Source: an uncultured Chloroflexia bacterium (GTDB lineage: Bacteria > Chloroflexota > Dehalococcoidia > DSTF01 > JACRBR01). From it: 64,000 bases of DNA. Position numbers and translations under genes: made by a program. This document shows, piece by piece, positions 30,724 to 42,766 of the stretch; position 1 is the stretch's first letter, and every line of letters starts with the position of its first letter. The stretch lies in the NCBI GenBank assembly GCA_963736015.1, contig CAVTNG010000011.1:68442-132441 (forward strand), read 5' to 3'. The notes below the pieces were generated by a model. The model saw nothing but the letters and a program-made list of their open reading frames with translations. It was not told where the DNA came from and did no database searches.

Positions 30724-33700
30724 TTATTCGTATCGCAGGGCCTCGGCTATCGGGATGCTCGACGCCTGGCGTGACGGGATGATCGTCATCAGCAGCGATG
30801 CGATGAACGCGAAGGTCGCGATGCCCGCGATCTGAAGCCACGGGATGTAGAAGCTCTCGATCTGGTTCGCCCCAACGCTGTCGCTGGTCAATAGCTGGTT
30901 GGCCAGCAGGATCGCGAGCGCAATGCCGCTGAGGATGCCGAGCAGCGCGATAAAGGACGACTCCATGATGAAGCTGATGGCGACTGCACGCCGCGTGTAG
31001 CCGATCGCGCGAAGCATCCCGATCTGCTGCCTGCGCTCCACCACAGTGCGAAACGCGATGACGCCGACGGCCGCGATACCGACAAAGAGTCCGATGCCCA
31101 TGAAGCCCTGGATCAGGTACAGGAATCCGCGCTGTTGCGCCTGTGCGTCATCGATGATCTTCCGGAGCGAATCGGCCTGCACGCCCTGCGCGAGCAGCGT
31201 CTTCTCGATCATGCGCGCCTGTTCGGTCGCGTCGACGCCCTGGTTGAGCTTCACGAGGTGGACGGTAGATTCCGGACGCGGGAAGAGAGCACCGAACGTC
31301 TGGGGGGACAGCCATAGCCCCTGGTAGATGGCACTCGCCTTCGTACTGATCACACCGATCACCTGGACGTCGCGCACGCTGCCGGGGCTGGTGCCGTCGC
31401 GGACCTGTACCGGGATCGGCTTGAACGTCGTGTCCTTATCCTCGACGCCTTCGATCACGAAGTCGCCGCCGCCGAATCCGCCGCCGCCGATCGAGAACTC
31501 ATCGATCACGGCCAGGTTCGGATTCTTGCCGAGCGCCTCCCACACGGAGCGATCATCGGTGTAGCCCTCTGCGCGCGACTGGAGTTTGATGCCGTTTCCC
31601 GAGAGGAAGCCCTGTGACGGACCGAGCATCGGGTACGAGGAGTAGTCCGGATCCTCGCCTGCGGGGGGCTTGTTCCGGATCTGAGCGACGCGGCGGTTCG
31701 CCTGATCGACGTCATCGACGCGCGGCGATGCCCGACGTGTCGGCGCCCTGCGCATCCAGCGCGCCCTTGAGGTCTTCGATGTGGTTGCTGGGGTTCTCCT
31801 GCACCACGACCTGGTAGCCGCCCTCCGCGTCCTTGCTCAGGAAGATGCGGGTGAAGTTCTCGTTCATCGTGGACATCATCACGAGGGCGAACATGACAAG
31901 CGAGATCATGGCGATCGTCATCCCGGTGCGGAACTTGTTCGCGAGCGGATACGCAACGGCCGTGCGGATCGAGGGCACGAGGCGCGAGAACAGGGCGCTG
32001 CCGATCCGCGTGAGCAGCGCCAGCACGAGGTCGGCGTTGTAGACGATGACGAAGGTGGACGGCGAGGACCATGATCACGCCACTGAGGAAGAACATCTCG
32101 ATGCCGCCTTCGAGGTGAGGCGGGAGGCGGTCGCCCGCGCCCAGGAGCCAGAACACGAGAAGCACGAGGCCGGCGGTGGTGAACACCGGCCGGGGCGGCA
32201 GGCCAATCAGGTTCAGCGTCGCCGCGATGCCGAGGATCGCGAAGGAGACCCCCGTCGCGTACGGCGCGGTCTGTCCGAAGGCGAGGCCCACGACGATGAG
32301 TATCAGTCCGATCGCGATGCCCATCGCACCAAGCTGGAAGATGCGGTTAAACGCCGCGAGCAGCGTGCCCAGCGCCAGAACGGCGGCGAATCCGCCCGCG
32401 ATGCCCAGCAGCACTGCGAGCACGCTCGCCACTGACGAACTGCCGTATATCGCTCCTGCGGCGGTGAACAGGGCGATGACAAGCACGATCTCCAGCGGCA
32501 CGAGGACGATCATTCCCACGCTCGCCAGCCACTGCCTCCAGCCACGCGGCTTGATCGTGAGCCAGCGGAGAAAGGCCAGGAAGCTCCGGAAGCCACGCAC
32601 CGACTGAGGCTTCATGCGCGGCGGCTCGGGATCAGGCGTATCGCGGATGGCGCTGACGATGTTCAGGTTCCCTACCCGCCAGGAGGAGAACGTCACGGTG
32701 ATGAAGGTCAGCACGACTCCGAGGGAGTACGAGACGACCAGGCTGCGCGGGGACACATAGAAGACGATGTTGAGGTCGAGCCCGCTCGAACAGGGCGGCC
32801 ATCACCCGCATCATCAGCATCGACACGAGCACACCGAGCGCGCATCCGACCGCGGCAGCGCCCATGTTGTACGCCATGCCCTCCGACATGAACATCTCGA
32901 CGAGATGGCGGCGCTTGGTTCCGACGGCGCGGATCATCCCCATCTCGGCCTTCCGCTCGGCGGCGAGCATGACGAAGATGAGGAAGATCAACAGCATTCC
33001 GGCCGCGATAGAGAACAGCCCGAGCACGACGAAGAAGCGTCGTGAGAAAACTCGCCGCCTCGCTGGCCGCATCGACCAGCTTCTGTCTTCGACGGCGAGG
33101 CGCGCCAGCTGCGTACCCTGCAGCTTCGTCGTTCATCTCCTTCGTGATGCGATCGGTGTCCTGCAAGCTGTCGCGCACGCCGCCGTCGTTGGAGACGGCG
33201 ATAAGTCGACGTTCGAACGGCCGAACGATGCTCCTGCACCGCCGCCGGTCGCACGACCATGCCGAGCGTGACGCCAAGGCAGCGCCCGTCAGCACGCGCG
33301 TCTTCACGATGTCCGTACCGTGAGGGTCGTGCGGCTGCACCGGCGACGAAGATCTGGAGCGCGTCGCCCTTCTGATGTCGAGCTTGTCAGCCGCGGCCTC
33401 GTTCAGCGTACACCTCGCCGGGCCAGCAGATCGGACAGCGAGAGAATCTCGCCCGTCAGGCGATTCGATGTCGGTCTCGAAGCCGCGCATTGGTCGGGTC
33501 CAGCGCCAGCGAGGAGGACGAGCGGCTCAGTCTGGCCGGCGCGCTCGTCGCTCACCGGCACCGGCCGCGACGATAACGGTGACCGCGCCGTCGACGCCAT
33601 CGGATCTCGCGTGAACCGCGTCGGCCAGGTCGTCGCTTGCCCATCCGGTATCGGGCGCGCGGAAACGACCGATGAAGTCTCGAAGGGATCGTCGCTGTTC

Positions 33701-34005
33701 CTTCCGCCTGTGCGGATACGGCCTCGTCGATGCTGTGCAGGCGGTCGTAAGGCCTGGCTCGTGATGCTGTAGTCGACCGTGTCGCCGATGCTGAAGGCCG
33801 TGCTGATGATCAGCGTGCTGAGCATCAGGCCGATGATGATCAGCACCGTCTGCGCGCGCCGCCGCGGGATGTTGCGCAGGCCGATGAAGAACATCACCCG
33901 GTTGCGGAACGACGACCCAGCCGATACTGCAGCCAGCGCGATCGCCAGGACCACCAGCAGGGCGATCATGATGTAGGTCATCGAGAGGCCGAAGAGCTCG
34001 TTCAT
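30724..34005 (-). CDS. Large FtsX/MacB-type ABC transporter permease (about 1090 aa, two FtsX domains); several frameshifts
   Basis: Fragments 33403-34005 (N-terminal [14 protein letters not shown]), 32708-33490, 32632-33072, 31506-32756, 31712-32026 and 30724-31755 (C-terminal FtsX domain ...EALRYE). Confidence 0.75.
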
Positions 34006-34756
34006 GGTTGCGCCCGGCAGGGATTCCTCCGCGCACGATCTGGCCGTCCTTCATGTGGATGATGCGGTGGCATCGCGCGGCGACTTCGGGCGCGTGCGTG
34101 ACGATGACGAAGGTCTGGCTGTTCTGCGCGGTTCAGGTCCGTGATGAGGTCCATGATCTCGTCGGCGTTCTGCGGTATCGAGGTCGCCGGTCGGCTCATC
34201 GCCCCAGACGATGGCCGGCTCGTTGACGAGCGCCCGGGCGATCGTGACGCGCTGGCGCTGTCCGCCGGAGAGCTGCGGCGGGCCGGTGCTTCGCCCAGTC
34301 GCGCAGGTGCACCAGATCGAGCGCGGTGAGTGCCCGCTCGCGCGCCTCCTTCGACTTCGTGCCGGAGACCAGCAGCGGCAACTCGACGTTCTCGATCGGC
34401 GCTGAGGACAGGCAGCAGGTTGTAGAACTGGAAGACGAAGCCCATCTGGCGCGCGCGGAACTCCGTGCGGCGGTTGTCGGACAGCCTGTTGATGTCCTCG
34501 CCGTTGATGAGGATGAGGCCTTCGTCGATGGTGTCGAGGCCGCTGAGGCAGTTGAGCAGGGTCGTCTTGCCGCAGCCGGACGGCCCCATGATGGCGACCA
34601 TCTCGCCGCGCGTCCACCTGGAACGAGACGCCGCGCGAGCGCCTGCACCGTGACGTGGTCGGTCCGGTACGTCTTCACGACATCGCTCGCGGCGATGATC
34701 AGGTCGGAGGGCTGGCGGGTCGGCGCGGCGACGTCGCTCACCGGCTGGGTCGTCAT
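34002..34756 (-). CDS. ABC transporter ATP-binding protein (MacB/LolD-like); frameshifted
   Basis: Fragments 34196-34756, 34051-34617 and 34002-34601. Strings: [36 protein letters not shown]. The stop overlaps the permease start (ATGA). Confidence 0.8.
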
Positions 34757-34891
34757 CGTTCGCCTCCTCAGCCTGGCACGCGGCCTCGGCGCGCAGATGG
34801 CCTCTTTGAGGCTAGCAGATTGCTCGGACGTAGCAGTATCGACCCGCCTGCGGATTTCGCAGCGGGGTCGCGAGAACGAATCGCCGCCTTA

Positions 34892-35239
34892 CTACTTTCG
34901 GCGGGAGGAAGCTCGCGCAGTCGCGGGCTTGTAGGTTGAGCCGGCGGCCTTCTTCATTGCGGCGACGCCATCTCTTGTAGAGAGGAGGGGCGTGGTGTGC
35001 ACCTTGCTGCACGCGCCACCGGCTGCGACGGAGATCGCGAACGCGGCCGCATCGACGTTGGTTGGCATCTCCATGATGGCGACGAGATCGTAATCGCCGA
35101 AGCAGAGGTAGCCGCTCGTGATCTTGCCGCCCATCTTCTCGATCGAGGGGCGTACCGCGGCGATGCGGTCCTGCGGATTCTTTGCCATGGCGGCCCAGGC
35201 CTCTGGCGTGTACGCGATCTGCAGCAGGTACGTTGCCAT
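34892..35239 (-). CDS. GYD domain-containing protein
   Basis: Intact 115-aa ORF with FGDYDLVAIMEMP. Confidence 0.8.
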   Translation of the reverse strand: MATYLLQIAYTPEAWAAMAKNPQDRIAAVRPSIEKMGGKITSGYLCFGDYDLVAIMEMPTNVDAAAFAISVAAGGACSKVHTTPLLSTRDGVAAMKKAAGSTYKPATARASSRRK

Positions 35240-35316
35240 TTATGTCTTTGACCTCCCTGTCTCCCGCCGGTAGGCGTTTAGCATACTGGCGGCGGTGGTA
35301 GCGTCAATTCGTGCGG

Positions 35317-36411
35317 TCAGGGGAAGACTGCGTCGCAGTCCAGGTCGGCGAGGGCGGCGGCGGTACGAGCGGTCCACTCATCGAAGAGGCGGAGGCCGCG
35401 TTCGTTACCGAAATCAATCGAGCCGATGCCGATGACGTTGTAGACGAGGCAGAAGAGCGCCGAGAGCCGGTAATCGAACAGGCACTGCTCGAAGTCGTAG
35501 TCGGTGACGCCGCCCTTGACCAGCGTGCCGTGGTAGTCGAGCAACCACTCCTTCTCGTGGGCACGGCGCTGATCCACCGGGACGTTTCCGGTGACGAAGT
35601 AGGCGATGTCGAAGGTCCCGATGCCACGGTTGGCGATCTGCCAGTCGACGACGGAGAGTGCATCCGCGTCGTTCCCACCGAAGAACAGGTTGTCGAGCCG
35701 ATAGTCGCCGTGGACGATCGTGCGCGGGCGCGCGGCGAGCGCGTCGAGGATGACGATGATCTTCGTGGCGAGACGCTCGCCGGTGCGGCGCAATGCAGGG
35801 CTCACCTTTTCGCCCACGTGGTCGAGGAACGGCTGCCAGGTGTCCTGGTACGCCTGCTCCGCGGACTGGTTGATCGGGTCGTTGATGCAGGGCATCCAGG
35901 CCATGGACTCGAGATCCGGGTGCGCCCACCACTCAGCGTGGAAGACCGCGATGTCGTGAATGGCCCGCGCGGACTGTGCGGGCGAGCAGGAGTCGAGCTG
36001 ATTGCCGACGCGAGCGGGGGCCATATCCTCCATGAGCAGTACGAAGTCTCCGGAAGTAGTGTCGATATCGGCGTGGAACACGCGCGGGATGCGGAGGGAG
36101 ACGCGCGGGGCGATCTGCTGGTAGAAGCGGATCTCTCGCTCGTAGAAGTGGAAGAGCATCGCGACCTCGCGAGAAGCGGGATCGAGCACCGGAAACTTGG
36201 CGATTACGGTGGCGGGCGCCCCGGATACCTCGGGGTCGTATCGGAGCGAGAGACGGGCGAGCTTGCCGAGGAAGCCCGTACCGACGCCGATCGTCTCGGA
36301 GTCGAACGCGCTCACATTCGCGCCGTTCAGAGCCCCGCTGCCGGTGAGTGCCGTTGTCAGCCACTCCGGGGTCAACGTCTCCGGGCTCGGCGGGATGTCC
36401 AGTTTCACCAT
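35317..36411 (-). CDS. Phosphotransferase-family protein (aminoglycoside/ecdysteroid-kinase-like, CHK/EcKL type)
   Basis: Intact 364-aa ORF with IVHGDYRLDNLFF and VVDWQ. Confidence 0.7.
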   Translation of the reverse strand: MVKLDIPPSPETLTPEWLTTALTGSGALNGANVSAFDSETIGVGTGFLGKLARLSLRYDPEVSGAPATVIAKFPVLDPASREVAMLFHFYEREIRFYQQIAPRVSLRIPRVFHADIDTTSGDFVLLMEDMAPARVGNQLDSCSPAQSARAIHDIAVFHAEWWAHPDLESMAWMPCINDPINQSAEQAYQDTWQPFLDHVGEKVSPALRRTGERLATKIIVILDALAARPRTIVHGDYRLDNLFFGGNDADALSVVDWQIANRGIGTFDIAYFVTGNVPVDQRRAHEKEWLLDYHGTLVKGGVTDYDFEQCLFDYRLSALFCLVYNVIGIGSIDFGNERGLRLFDEWTARTAAALADLDCDAVFP

Positions 36412-36490
36412 GCCCTCTCTCGCTACTGGATGCGACGATGCCGGGCGGGGACGCCGATGTCAAGGGACAGGGCGCGCAAGTGAGCGGGCG

Positions 36491-37525
36491 CTAATACGAG
36501 GCGACGAGCGTCTCTTCCTCGGTCGGAAGGCTCCGCTTGATGACGTCCAGGTACTCGAGCGCGACGCCGGCGCCGATCGCGACGCAGTCGAGCGGGTTCT
36601 CGGCGACCTGGCACGGGGACGCCCGTCTCCTGCGTGAGCAGGATGTCGAGATGGCGCAGCAGCGCGCCGCCGCCGGTGAGCACGATGCCGCGGTCGATGA
36701 CGTCGGAGGCGAGCTCCGGCGGCGTGCGCTCGAGCACGCTGCGTGCCACCGACACGATCGTCGCGAGCGAGTCCTGGATGGCGGCTGTCACATCGCTCGA
36801 CGTGACGGTGAGGGTCTTCGGCAGGCCGCTGATCTGGTCGCGGCCACGGACCTCCATCTTGAGGTCTTCGTCGAGCGGGACGCGCCGCGCCGATGGTGAT
36901 CTTCATCTCTTCGCGCCGTGCGCTCGCCGATCATGAGGTTGTAGCGGCGCTTGATGTAAGCGACGATCGCGTCATCAAGGCGGTCGCCCGCGACGCGCAC
37001 GCTCTCGCTGACGACGATGCCGTACATCGAGATCACGGCGGCTTCGGTGCGCCCACCGCCGATATCGACGACCATGTTGCCGCTGGGCGAGTTCACCGGT
37101 ATGCGCGCGCCGATCGCCGCCGCGAGCGGCTCCGGCACGAGGTGCACCGGGCGGCGGCCGCCCGCCTGCTCCGCGGCGTCGCGGACGGCGCGCTGCTCGA
37201 CGCTCGTCACGCCGGCGGGAATGCAGACCATCACTTCGGGCTTGACAAGGTTGAAGCGGCCGACGACGCTCGAGATGAAGTAGCGGAGCATCGCTTCGGT
37301 GATCAGGTAGTCGGCGATGACGCCGTCGCGCATCGGCCGGATGACCGAGATGCTGCCCGGGACGCGGCCCATCATCTCGTGCGCCTCGCGGCCGACGGCC
37401 ACGACGGTGTTGTCGCGGTTCGCGAGCGCCACGACCGACGGCTCGTTGACGACGATGCCGCGGCCCTTGACGTAGACGAGCACGTTCGCCGTGCCCAGGT
37501 CGACACCGATGCGCTTGGGAAGCAT
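36491..37525 (-). CDS. mreB: Rod-shape-determining protein MreB; frameshifted in the C-terminal half
   Basis: ORF 36788-37525 ([14 protein letters not shown]..., [10 protein letters not shown]) plus fragments 36460-36906 and 36423-36857. The reconstructed end is ...LVASY, with the stop at 36491-36493. Confidence 0.85.
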
Positions 37526-37594
37526 GTTCCCGTCCGACGGGGGGTTCAGTCTGCGGAACGCCTGTCGATGGTGGCCGATTGCGGGGGTTGGCCG

Positions 37595-38859
37595 CTACGC
37601 GCGCTCGATATCGGCGCCGAGCGCGCGCAGTTTACCATGCAGGTCCTCGTGCGCGCGGTCGATGTGGTAGACATCGCTGATTTCCGTCGTACCCTCGGCG
37701 ACGAGCGCGGCGAGCACGCAGGCGCTCCCGGCGCGCACATCGAGCGCCTGCACCGGCGCCGCCGGCAGCTTCGTGGGCCCGCTGATGATCGCGGTCTGTC
37801 CGGTCGCGACGACGTTCGCGCCCATCTTCCGGAGCTCGGTGATGTAGAGCAGCCGGTTGTCGTATACGCGCTCGTGGATGGTGCTCGCGCCGCTCGCCTG
37901 GGTGAGGAACGCCGCGAGCTGGGGCTGCAGGTCGGTCGCGAGGCCGGGATAAGGCAGCGCCTGCGCGTTGACGGCCGGGTAGAACCACCGACCTCGACCC
38001 GCATCCCGGCGTCGGTCGGCTCGATGGTGACGCCCGCCTCGCGCAGCTTCCAGATCAACGCGTCGAGATGCTCCGGCACGGCCTCCTCGATTTCGATGTC
38101 GCCGCCGTGATCGCGGCGGCCAGCGCGAACGTCCCCGCTTCGAGCCGGTCCGGATGACGCGATGCTCGGTGCCGCCGCAGCACGCGGCACGCCTTCGATG
38201 CGCATGAACTGTGTGCCTGCGCCTGTGATCTTCGCGCCCATCGCGTTCAGCATCGTTCGCCAGGCTCGCGATCTCCGGCTCGCAGGCGGCGTTGACGATC
38301 GTCGTCTCGCCTTCGCGAGCGTCGCCGCGAGCATGACGTTGAGCGTGCCCATGACGCTCGGGTAGTCGAGCACGACGCGGCCGCCACGCAGCGTGCCGTC
38401 CTCCGAGACGTCGAACATGTCGCCGTCCTGGCGCACCGTCGCGCCGAGCATGCGGAAGCCGGCCAGGTGCACATCGAGCGGGCGAATGCCGATCGCGTCG
38501 CCGCCGGGCGGCGGGCAAGACGCGCGCCGAACCGGGCGAGCAGCGGGCCCATGACGAGAAAGCTCGCGCGCAGCCGGGCAGCCAAGGCGCGGCGGCACCT
38601 CGTGCGCTGGAGATTCGCGCGCAGTTGATGCGCAGCAACGCCCGGTGCAGGGTGCTCGACCGTCGCGCCGAGGTGTGCGAGGATCTCCTCCATCTGCCGC
38701 ACGTCGCCGATGTCGGGGACGTTGTGGAGCACGACATCGTCGGCGGTAGAGCAGCGCCGCGGCGATCGCGTAGTCGGCGCCGTTCTTCGAACCGGCTACG
38801 CGGACGCGCCCCTAGAGCGGGCGGCCGCCGGTGATCCGATAGTTCGAGCCGTGAGCCAT
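37595..38859 (-). CDS. murA: UDP-N-acetylglucosamine 1-carboxyvinyltransferase MurA; several frameshifts and an in-frame TAG at codon 16
   Basis: Fragments within 37595-39124, 37546-38598 and 38247-38732. Strings: VAGSKNGADYAIAAALL, LHNVPDIGDVRQMEEIL, ...LRALGADIERA. Confidence 0.85.
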
Positions 38860-39044
38860 CACGGGCAGGATACCTGCCGACCGAAGGGTTCGGCGGGGGT
38901 GCCTGCACCCAGATTCGGCGAGCAGGCCCGAGTCCAGCCGGCAGGTTGCCGCGAGGACCGCCGAGGGAGGCCGTGTAGCAGTGCGCGCGGCATACCGTTA
39001 ATGCTATAGGCGCCTGCCGTGTTTCGGCGGCGCTGGAGGCACAC

Positions 39045-39503
39045 TTGGGCGACACCGCCAACTGGGAATTCGCGGCCGTGGTCGCGGCCGTGACGATCGG
39101 CCTCGGGGGCCTGCTGGTGTTCACGATCGCGGCGATTGTCGCGTCGTGGCAGCTGTTCGGCCGCGCGGGGCGTGCGGCAAGCGAAGGGGCGAAGGCGGCG
39201 CTGGCGGTGCAGGACCTGGCACGGTACCTGGCGGCGCGCGAGGCGAGTCACGCCTCGGAGCCGGTCACCAAGATTCGCGAGGCGGCGGCGGCGCTGGAAG
39301 GCCTGCGGCAGGATGCCCGCGATTTGTTGGGCCAGCAGCAACAGCTCATCGAGGCGGTACGAAACCTGGTGGAAGCGGGCGTACTGCGGACCGAAGCCGT
39401 CCGCGAGGCGCCCGTCGATCTCGAGGCCTCAGTACGGCGCCTGAAAGAGACGCTCGACCGCGTGGCTTCTGCGGTCGCGGCGCTCGGCGAACGGCCGGTA
39501 TAG
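39045..39503 (+). CDS. Membrane-anchored coiled-coil hypothetical protein (152 aa)
   Basis: Intact ORF with a TTG start, one N-terminal transmembrane helix, then Ala/Glu/Arg-rich helices. Confidence 0.5.
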   Translation: MGDTANWEFAAVVAAVTIGLGGLLVFTIAAIVASWQLFGRAGRAASEGAKAALAVQDLARYLAAREASHASEPVTKIREAAAALEGLRQDARDLLGQQQQLIEAVRNLVEAGVLRTEAVREAPVDLEASVRRLKETLDRVASAVAALGERPV

Positions 39504-39512
39504 GAGGACGAC

Positions 39513-40557
39513 GTGGTGCATCACCCCGACCCTATCGCAAGCCTGTCGCCGGATGCCGATCCGGTTTCCGTGATCATGGCATCACTGCTGCCGCTGCACA
39601 CCGCGTCGTCGATCGACTGGCTGGCGGACGCGGTATGCACCGCCGCCGAACACGCGATCCACGCGAGCTATGCGCTCCTCTACCTCGAGGGGCAGGATGG
39701 CAAGCTCGAACGAGCTGCCGGCGTCCGACGTGCGGCGCAGGGCGCTTCAACGCGCGGTCGACGAGTTTGGCGAAGATGTCCTCGGCGCGCGACTCGCTCC
39801 GGCGTCAGCGCCAACGATTGCCGGCGTGCTGCGTGAGGGGACGCCCATCGTCGCACCGGCGGCCGACGTTCTCCGCGGTCTCATGGCAATCGACGCCGCA
39901 CGCGAGGCGCAGGAGCGGCTGGGAGCCCGGGCGCTGGCAGTCGTGCCGCTCGAGTCATCCGGAGAGCGGGTGGGCGCGCTTATCGGCGTCTGCGGAGAGC
40001 GGCCGACAACGGATCAGCTCAGAATGTTCGGAGCGCACGTGGCGACGGCGCTCGTGAAACTACGGCAGGAGACAGCAGCCCGTGAGCGCACGGTGCTGGA
40101 CATCGTGCGCTCCGTATTCGACGCCCGGAAAATCGAGTCCGAGCTCCAGAAGGAGATCGCGCGGGCGCAGCGGTACAAGCATGAGGTCTCGATCGTGGTG
40201 ATCGAAGCGACGAACGTGCGTCTGTTGCGCGAACGGTTCGGTGAATTCCTGACGGATCAACTGGTCCAGCGGCTCGGGGGGGCGCTGGCCGAAAGCGCGC
40301 GGGACATCGACGTCATCGGGGCCTTCAAGGAGTCCGGCTACACGATGATTCTGACGCAGGCCACCTCGCAGAACATCCTGCCCGTCGCCGAGCGGCTACT
40401 GCGCACCGCGCAAGAGACGCGGCTAGAGGATGACGTGCCAGGGCTCGAGCTGCACCTGGTGTGCGGATGGGCGACGTGCCCGAACGATGGCACCACCACG
40501 GAGGCGATGTTCTCAGCCGCCGAGGGGCGGATGTACGGGACGGCGCGCGTCGCGTAG
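39513..40557 (+). CDS. GAF domain plus degenerate GGDEF-domain protein; one frameshift near 39700
   Basis: ORFs 39513-39836 and 39670-40557. ESGYT occupies the position of GGDEF. Confidence 0.65.
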
Positions 40558-40600
40558 GCGGCGGTAGATCGCTCCCCGCGGAGCCAGTTACGCCACGTCT

Positions 40601-41183
40601 TCAAGCGCGACAATCGGAGATCTCGTCCTTCGGCGTGAACAGTTGCGGGGCACGCTGCTGGAGGTCGGACTGCACTTCGGCCGGCGTGGTGTCGGGCGTG
40701 ATCCAGACCTTCAGGGCAGCACGGCGGCCGTCGTAGTCGAGCAGTGCCACGTCTCGGACGGCGGGGTGAGCGCTGATGGCGTCGTCCACCGTGCGGAGGT
40801 CGAGCGGGCTCGCGGCGCTCTCGAACTCGATGCGGAAGCAGGTCGTACCGCCGGCCTCGTACGGGTCAAGCGGGGCGATGGGCGAGAGTGCGGCGTCGGA
40901 CGAGTCATTGAGCGTCGGGGCCCCTGGCCGGACCGGCTGAGGCTCGGCCGTGTGAACGGTCGTGGGTGCCAGCGGCGCGATGGCGGCGACGGTGGACGAT
41001 CGTGCACCGCCGCCGACGAGGGTCGCGATCTGGTCGAGCACGGACCCGGCGCTCATAATTCTCAGGAAGCAGCGACTTGAGGCGGGCGGTCGCATCCGAA
41101 GCGCGGGCAAGCGCGGCCTTGAGGTCGGCGAGGGCCTCCTCGAGCTGCTGCGCGGGGGCGGGTTCGTGGGTAGTTGCGGACAT
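40601..41183 (-). CDS. Hypothetical protein (about 193 aa); one frameshift near 41060
   Basis: Start MSATTHEPAPAQQLEEAL (frame of 40905-42062) joins the tail of ORF 40601-41419. Confidence 0.5.
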
Positions 41184-41318
41184 AGCGGCTCCTCCTCTTC
41201 CTCTAATGGTGTTATCGGCCTGGTGGCCGGCCTGAGCCACCCTCTTGAACCGGGGTTGGCGCCCCCAGCCGTGTCCGGGAGAGGCGGCAGGTGTAGGATC
41301 GCCGTGGAGGAGTCTCGG

Positions 41319-42500
41319 ATGGCGAGCGGCGTGGACATCGAGCAGGCGAAGGAGCGGGCGCGGCAGGCGGTGGATGCCATCGCCGGTGAGCTCACGCGCA
41401 TCTCGCGGGAGATCCACACTTACCCCGAGCTGGCATTCGAGGAGCGCCGCGCCGCGGCACAGCTCGTGCCGTTTCTCGAGACACAGGGGTTCGCCGTGGA
41501 GCGGGGCGCCTACGGGATGGAGACGGCGTTCCGCGGCGAGTGGGGGCACGGGCCGGTGACCATCGCGCTGTGCGCTGAGTACGACGCCCTGCCGGAGATC
41601 GGGCATGCGTGCGGGCATAACCTCATCGCGACGGCCGGCGTGGGGGGCGCGGCAGCGCTGATCAAGGCGATCAGGCCGGAGGACGCACGCATCGTCATCC
41701 TGGGGACGCCGGCGGAGGAAGGGACGGGCGGTAAGTGCGTCATGGTGGAGAAGGGGGCGTTCGACGACATCGATGTGGCGATGATGGCGCACCCGATGGC
41801 GGTGGACATCGTCGACCCGCCGATGCTGGGGGTGATCCATGTGGACGTGGAGTATCGGGGCAAGGCGGTGCACGCGTCGGTCGGGCCGGAGCAGGGAAAG
41901 AACGCGCTCGACGCCCTCGTGACGGCGTACCAGGCGATCGCGCAGCTGCGGCAGCACATCAGGCGGGACGCGCGGATCCACGGGATCATCACGCACGGCG
42001 GCGCGGCGCCGAACATCGTGCCGGACTACACGGCGGGGAAGTTCTACATCCGTGCGCTCCATCCGAAGTACCTGGAGGAGTTGCGGCAGCGGGTCGGGCG
42101 TGCTTCGAGGCAGGGGCGCTCGCGACGGGCTGTGAGCTGGTCATCGACTGGGAGAAGTACCCGGTGTACCAGCCGATGCGGACGAACCGGGCGATGGCGG
42201 ATGCGTACCGGCGGAACGCGGGAGGCGATCGGGCCGTCAGTTCGTCGACCTTCAGAATATCTCGACGGGGAGCACGGACATGGGGAACGTGAGCCAGGCG
42301 GTGCCATCGATCCACCCGACGTTCGGCGTGGGGAGATGATCTTCAACGACATGCCGGAGTTCACAGCGGCGGCGATCACGGATGCGGCGCACGCCTCGAT
42401 GCTGGAGACGGCGCAGGCGCTGGCGATGACGGGCGTCGACCTGGCGCTCGATCCGGAGCTGGTGCGGGCGGCGAAGGATGAGTTCGCCGGACGGCGGTAG
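41319..42500 (+). CDS. M20-family amidohydrolase/peptidase (M20D, AbgB-like); frameshifted near 42090-42340
   Basis: Within ORF 40962-42500. Strings: HTYPELAFEE, GHACGHNL, GTPAEEGTGGK. Confidence 0.8.
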   Translation: MASGVDIEQAKERARQAVDAIAGELTRISREIHTYPELAFEERRAAAQLVPFLETQGFAVERGAYGMETAFRGEWGHGPVTIALCAEYDALPEIGHACGHNLIATAGVGGAAALIKAIRPEDARIVILGTPAEEGTGGKCVMVEKGAFDDIDVAMMAHPMAVDIVDPPMLGVIHVDVEYRGKAVHASVGPEQGKNALDALVTAYQAIAQLRQHIRRDARIHGIITHGGAAPNIVPDYTAGKFYIRALHPKYLEELRQRVGRASRQGRSRRAVSWSSTGRSTRCTSRCGRTGRWRMRTGGTREAIGPSVRRPSEYLDGEHGHGEREPGGAIDPPDVRRGEMIFNDMPEFTAAAITDAAHASMLETAQALAMTGVDLALDPELVRAAKDEFAGRR

Positions 42501-42501
42501 G

Positions 42502-42766
42502 CTAGCGGCCTTCCACGTACGATGCCGAGATCTCGGTTGACCAAGCGTTCAGCTTTCGATAGAAGTTCCAGACTAGGCCGACGTTGTACATCGCGCCCAC
42601 GTTCTCCGGGCTGGCCTTCCATCGGGAACCTCAGTACGAAGTCCGGCTCGGGCGGCTCACGAACGGCGTCCAGCGCCTCGTGGATCCATACCCGTTCGAC
42701 CTCGGATGCGACCTCTTCGAGAAAGTAGCGGGCGTCTGACCCGAGGAGCGCATCAACGTCAGGCAC
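42502..42766 (-). CDS. Hypothetical protein (about 87 aa); one frameshift
   Basis: GTG 42766 (ORF 42044-42766). After a 1-nt shift near 42600 it reads ...GENVGAMYNVGLVWNFYRKLNAWSTEISASYVEGR, with the stop at 42502-42504. Confidence 0.45.
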
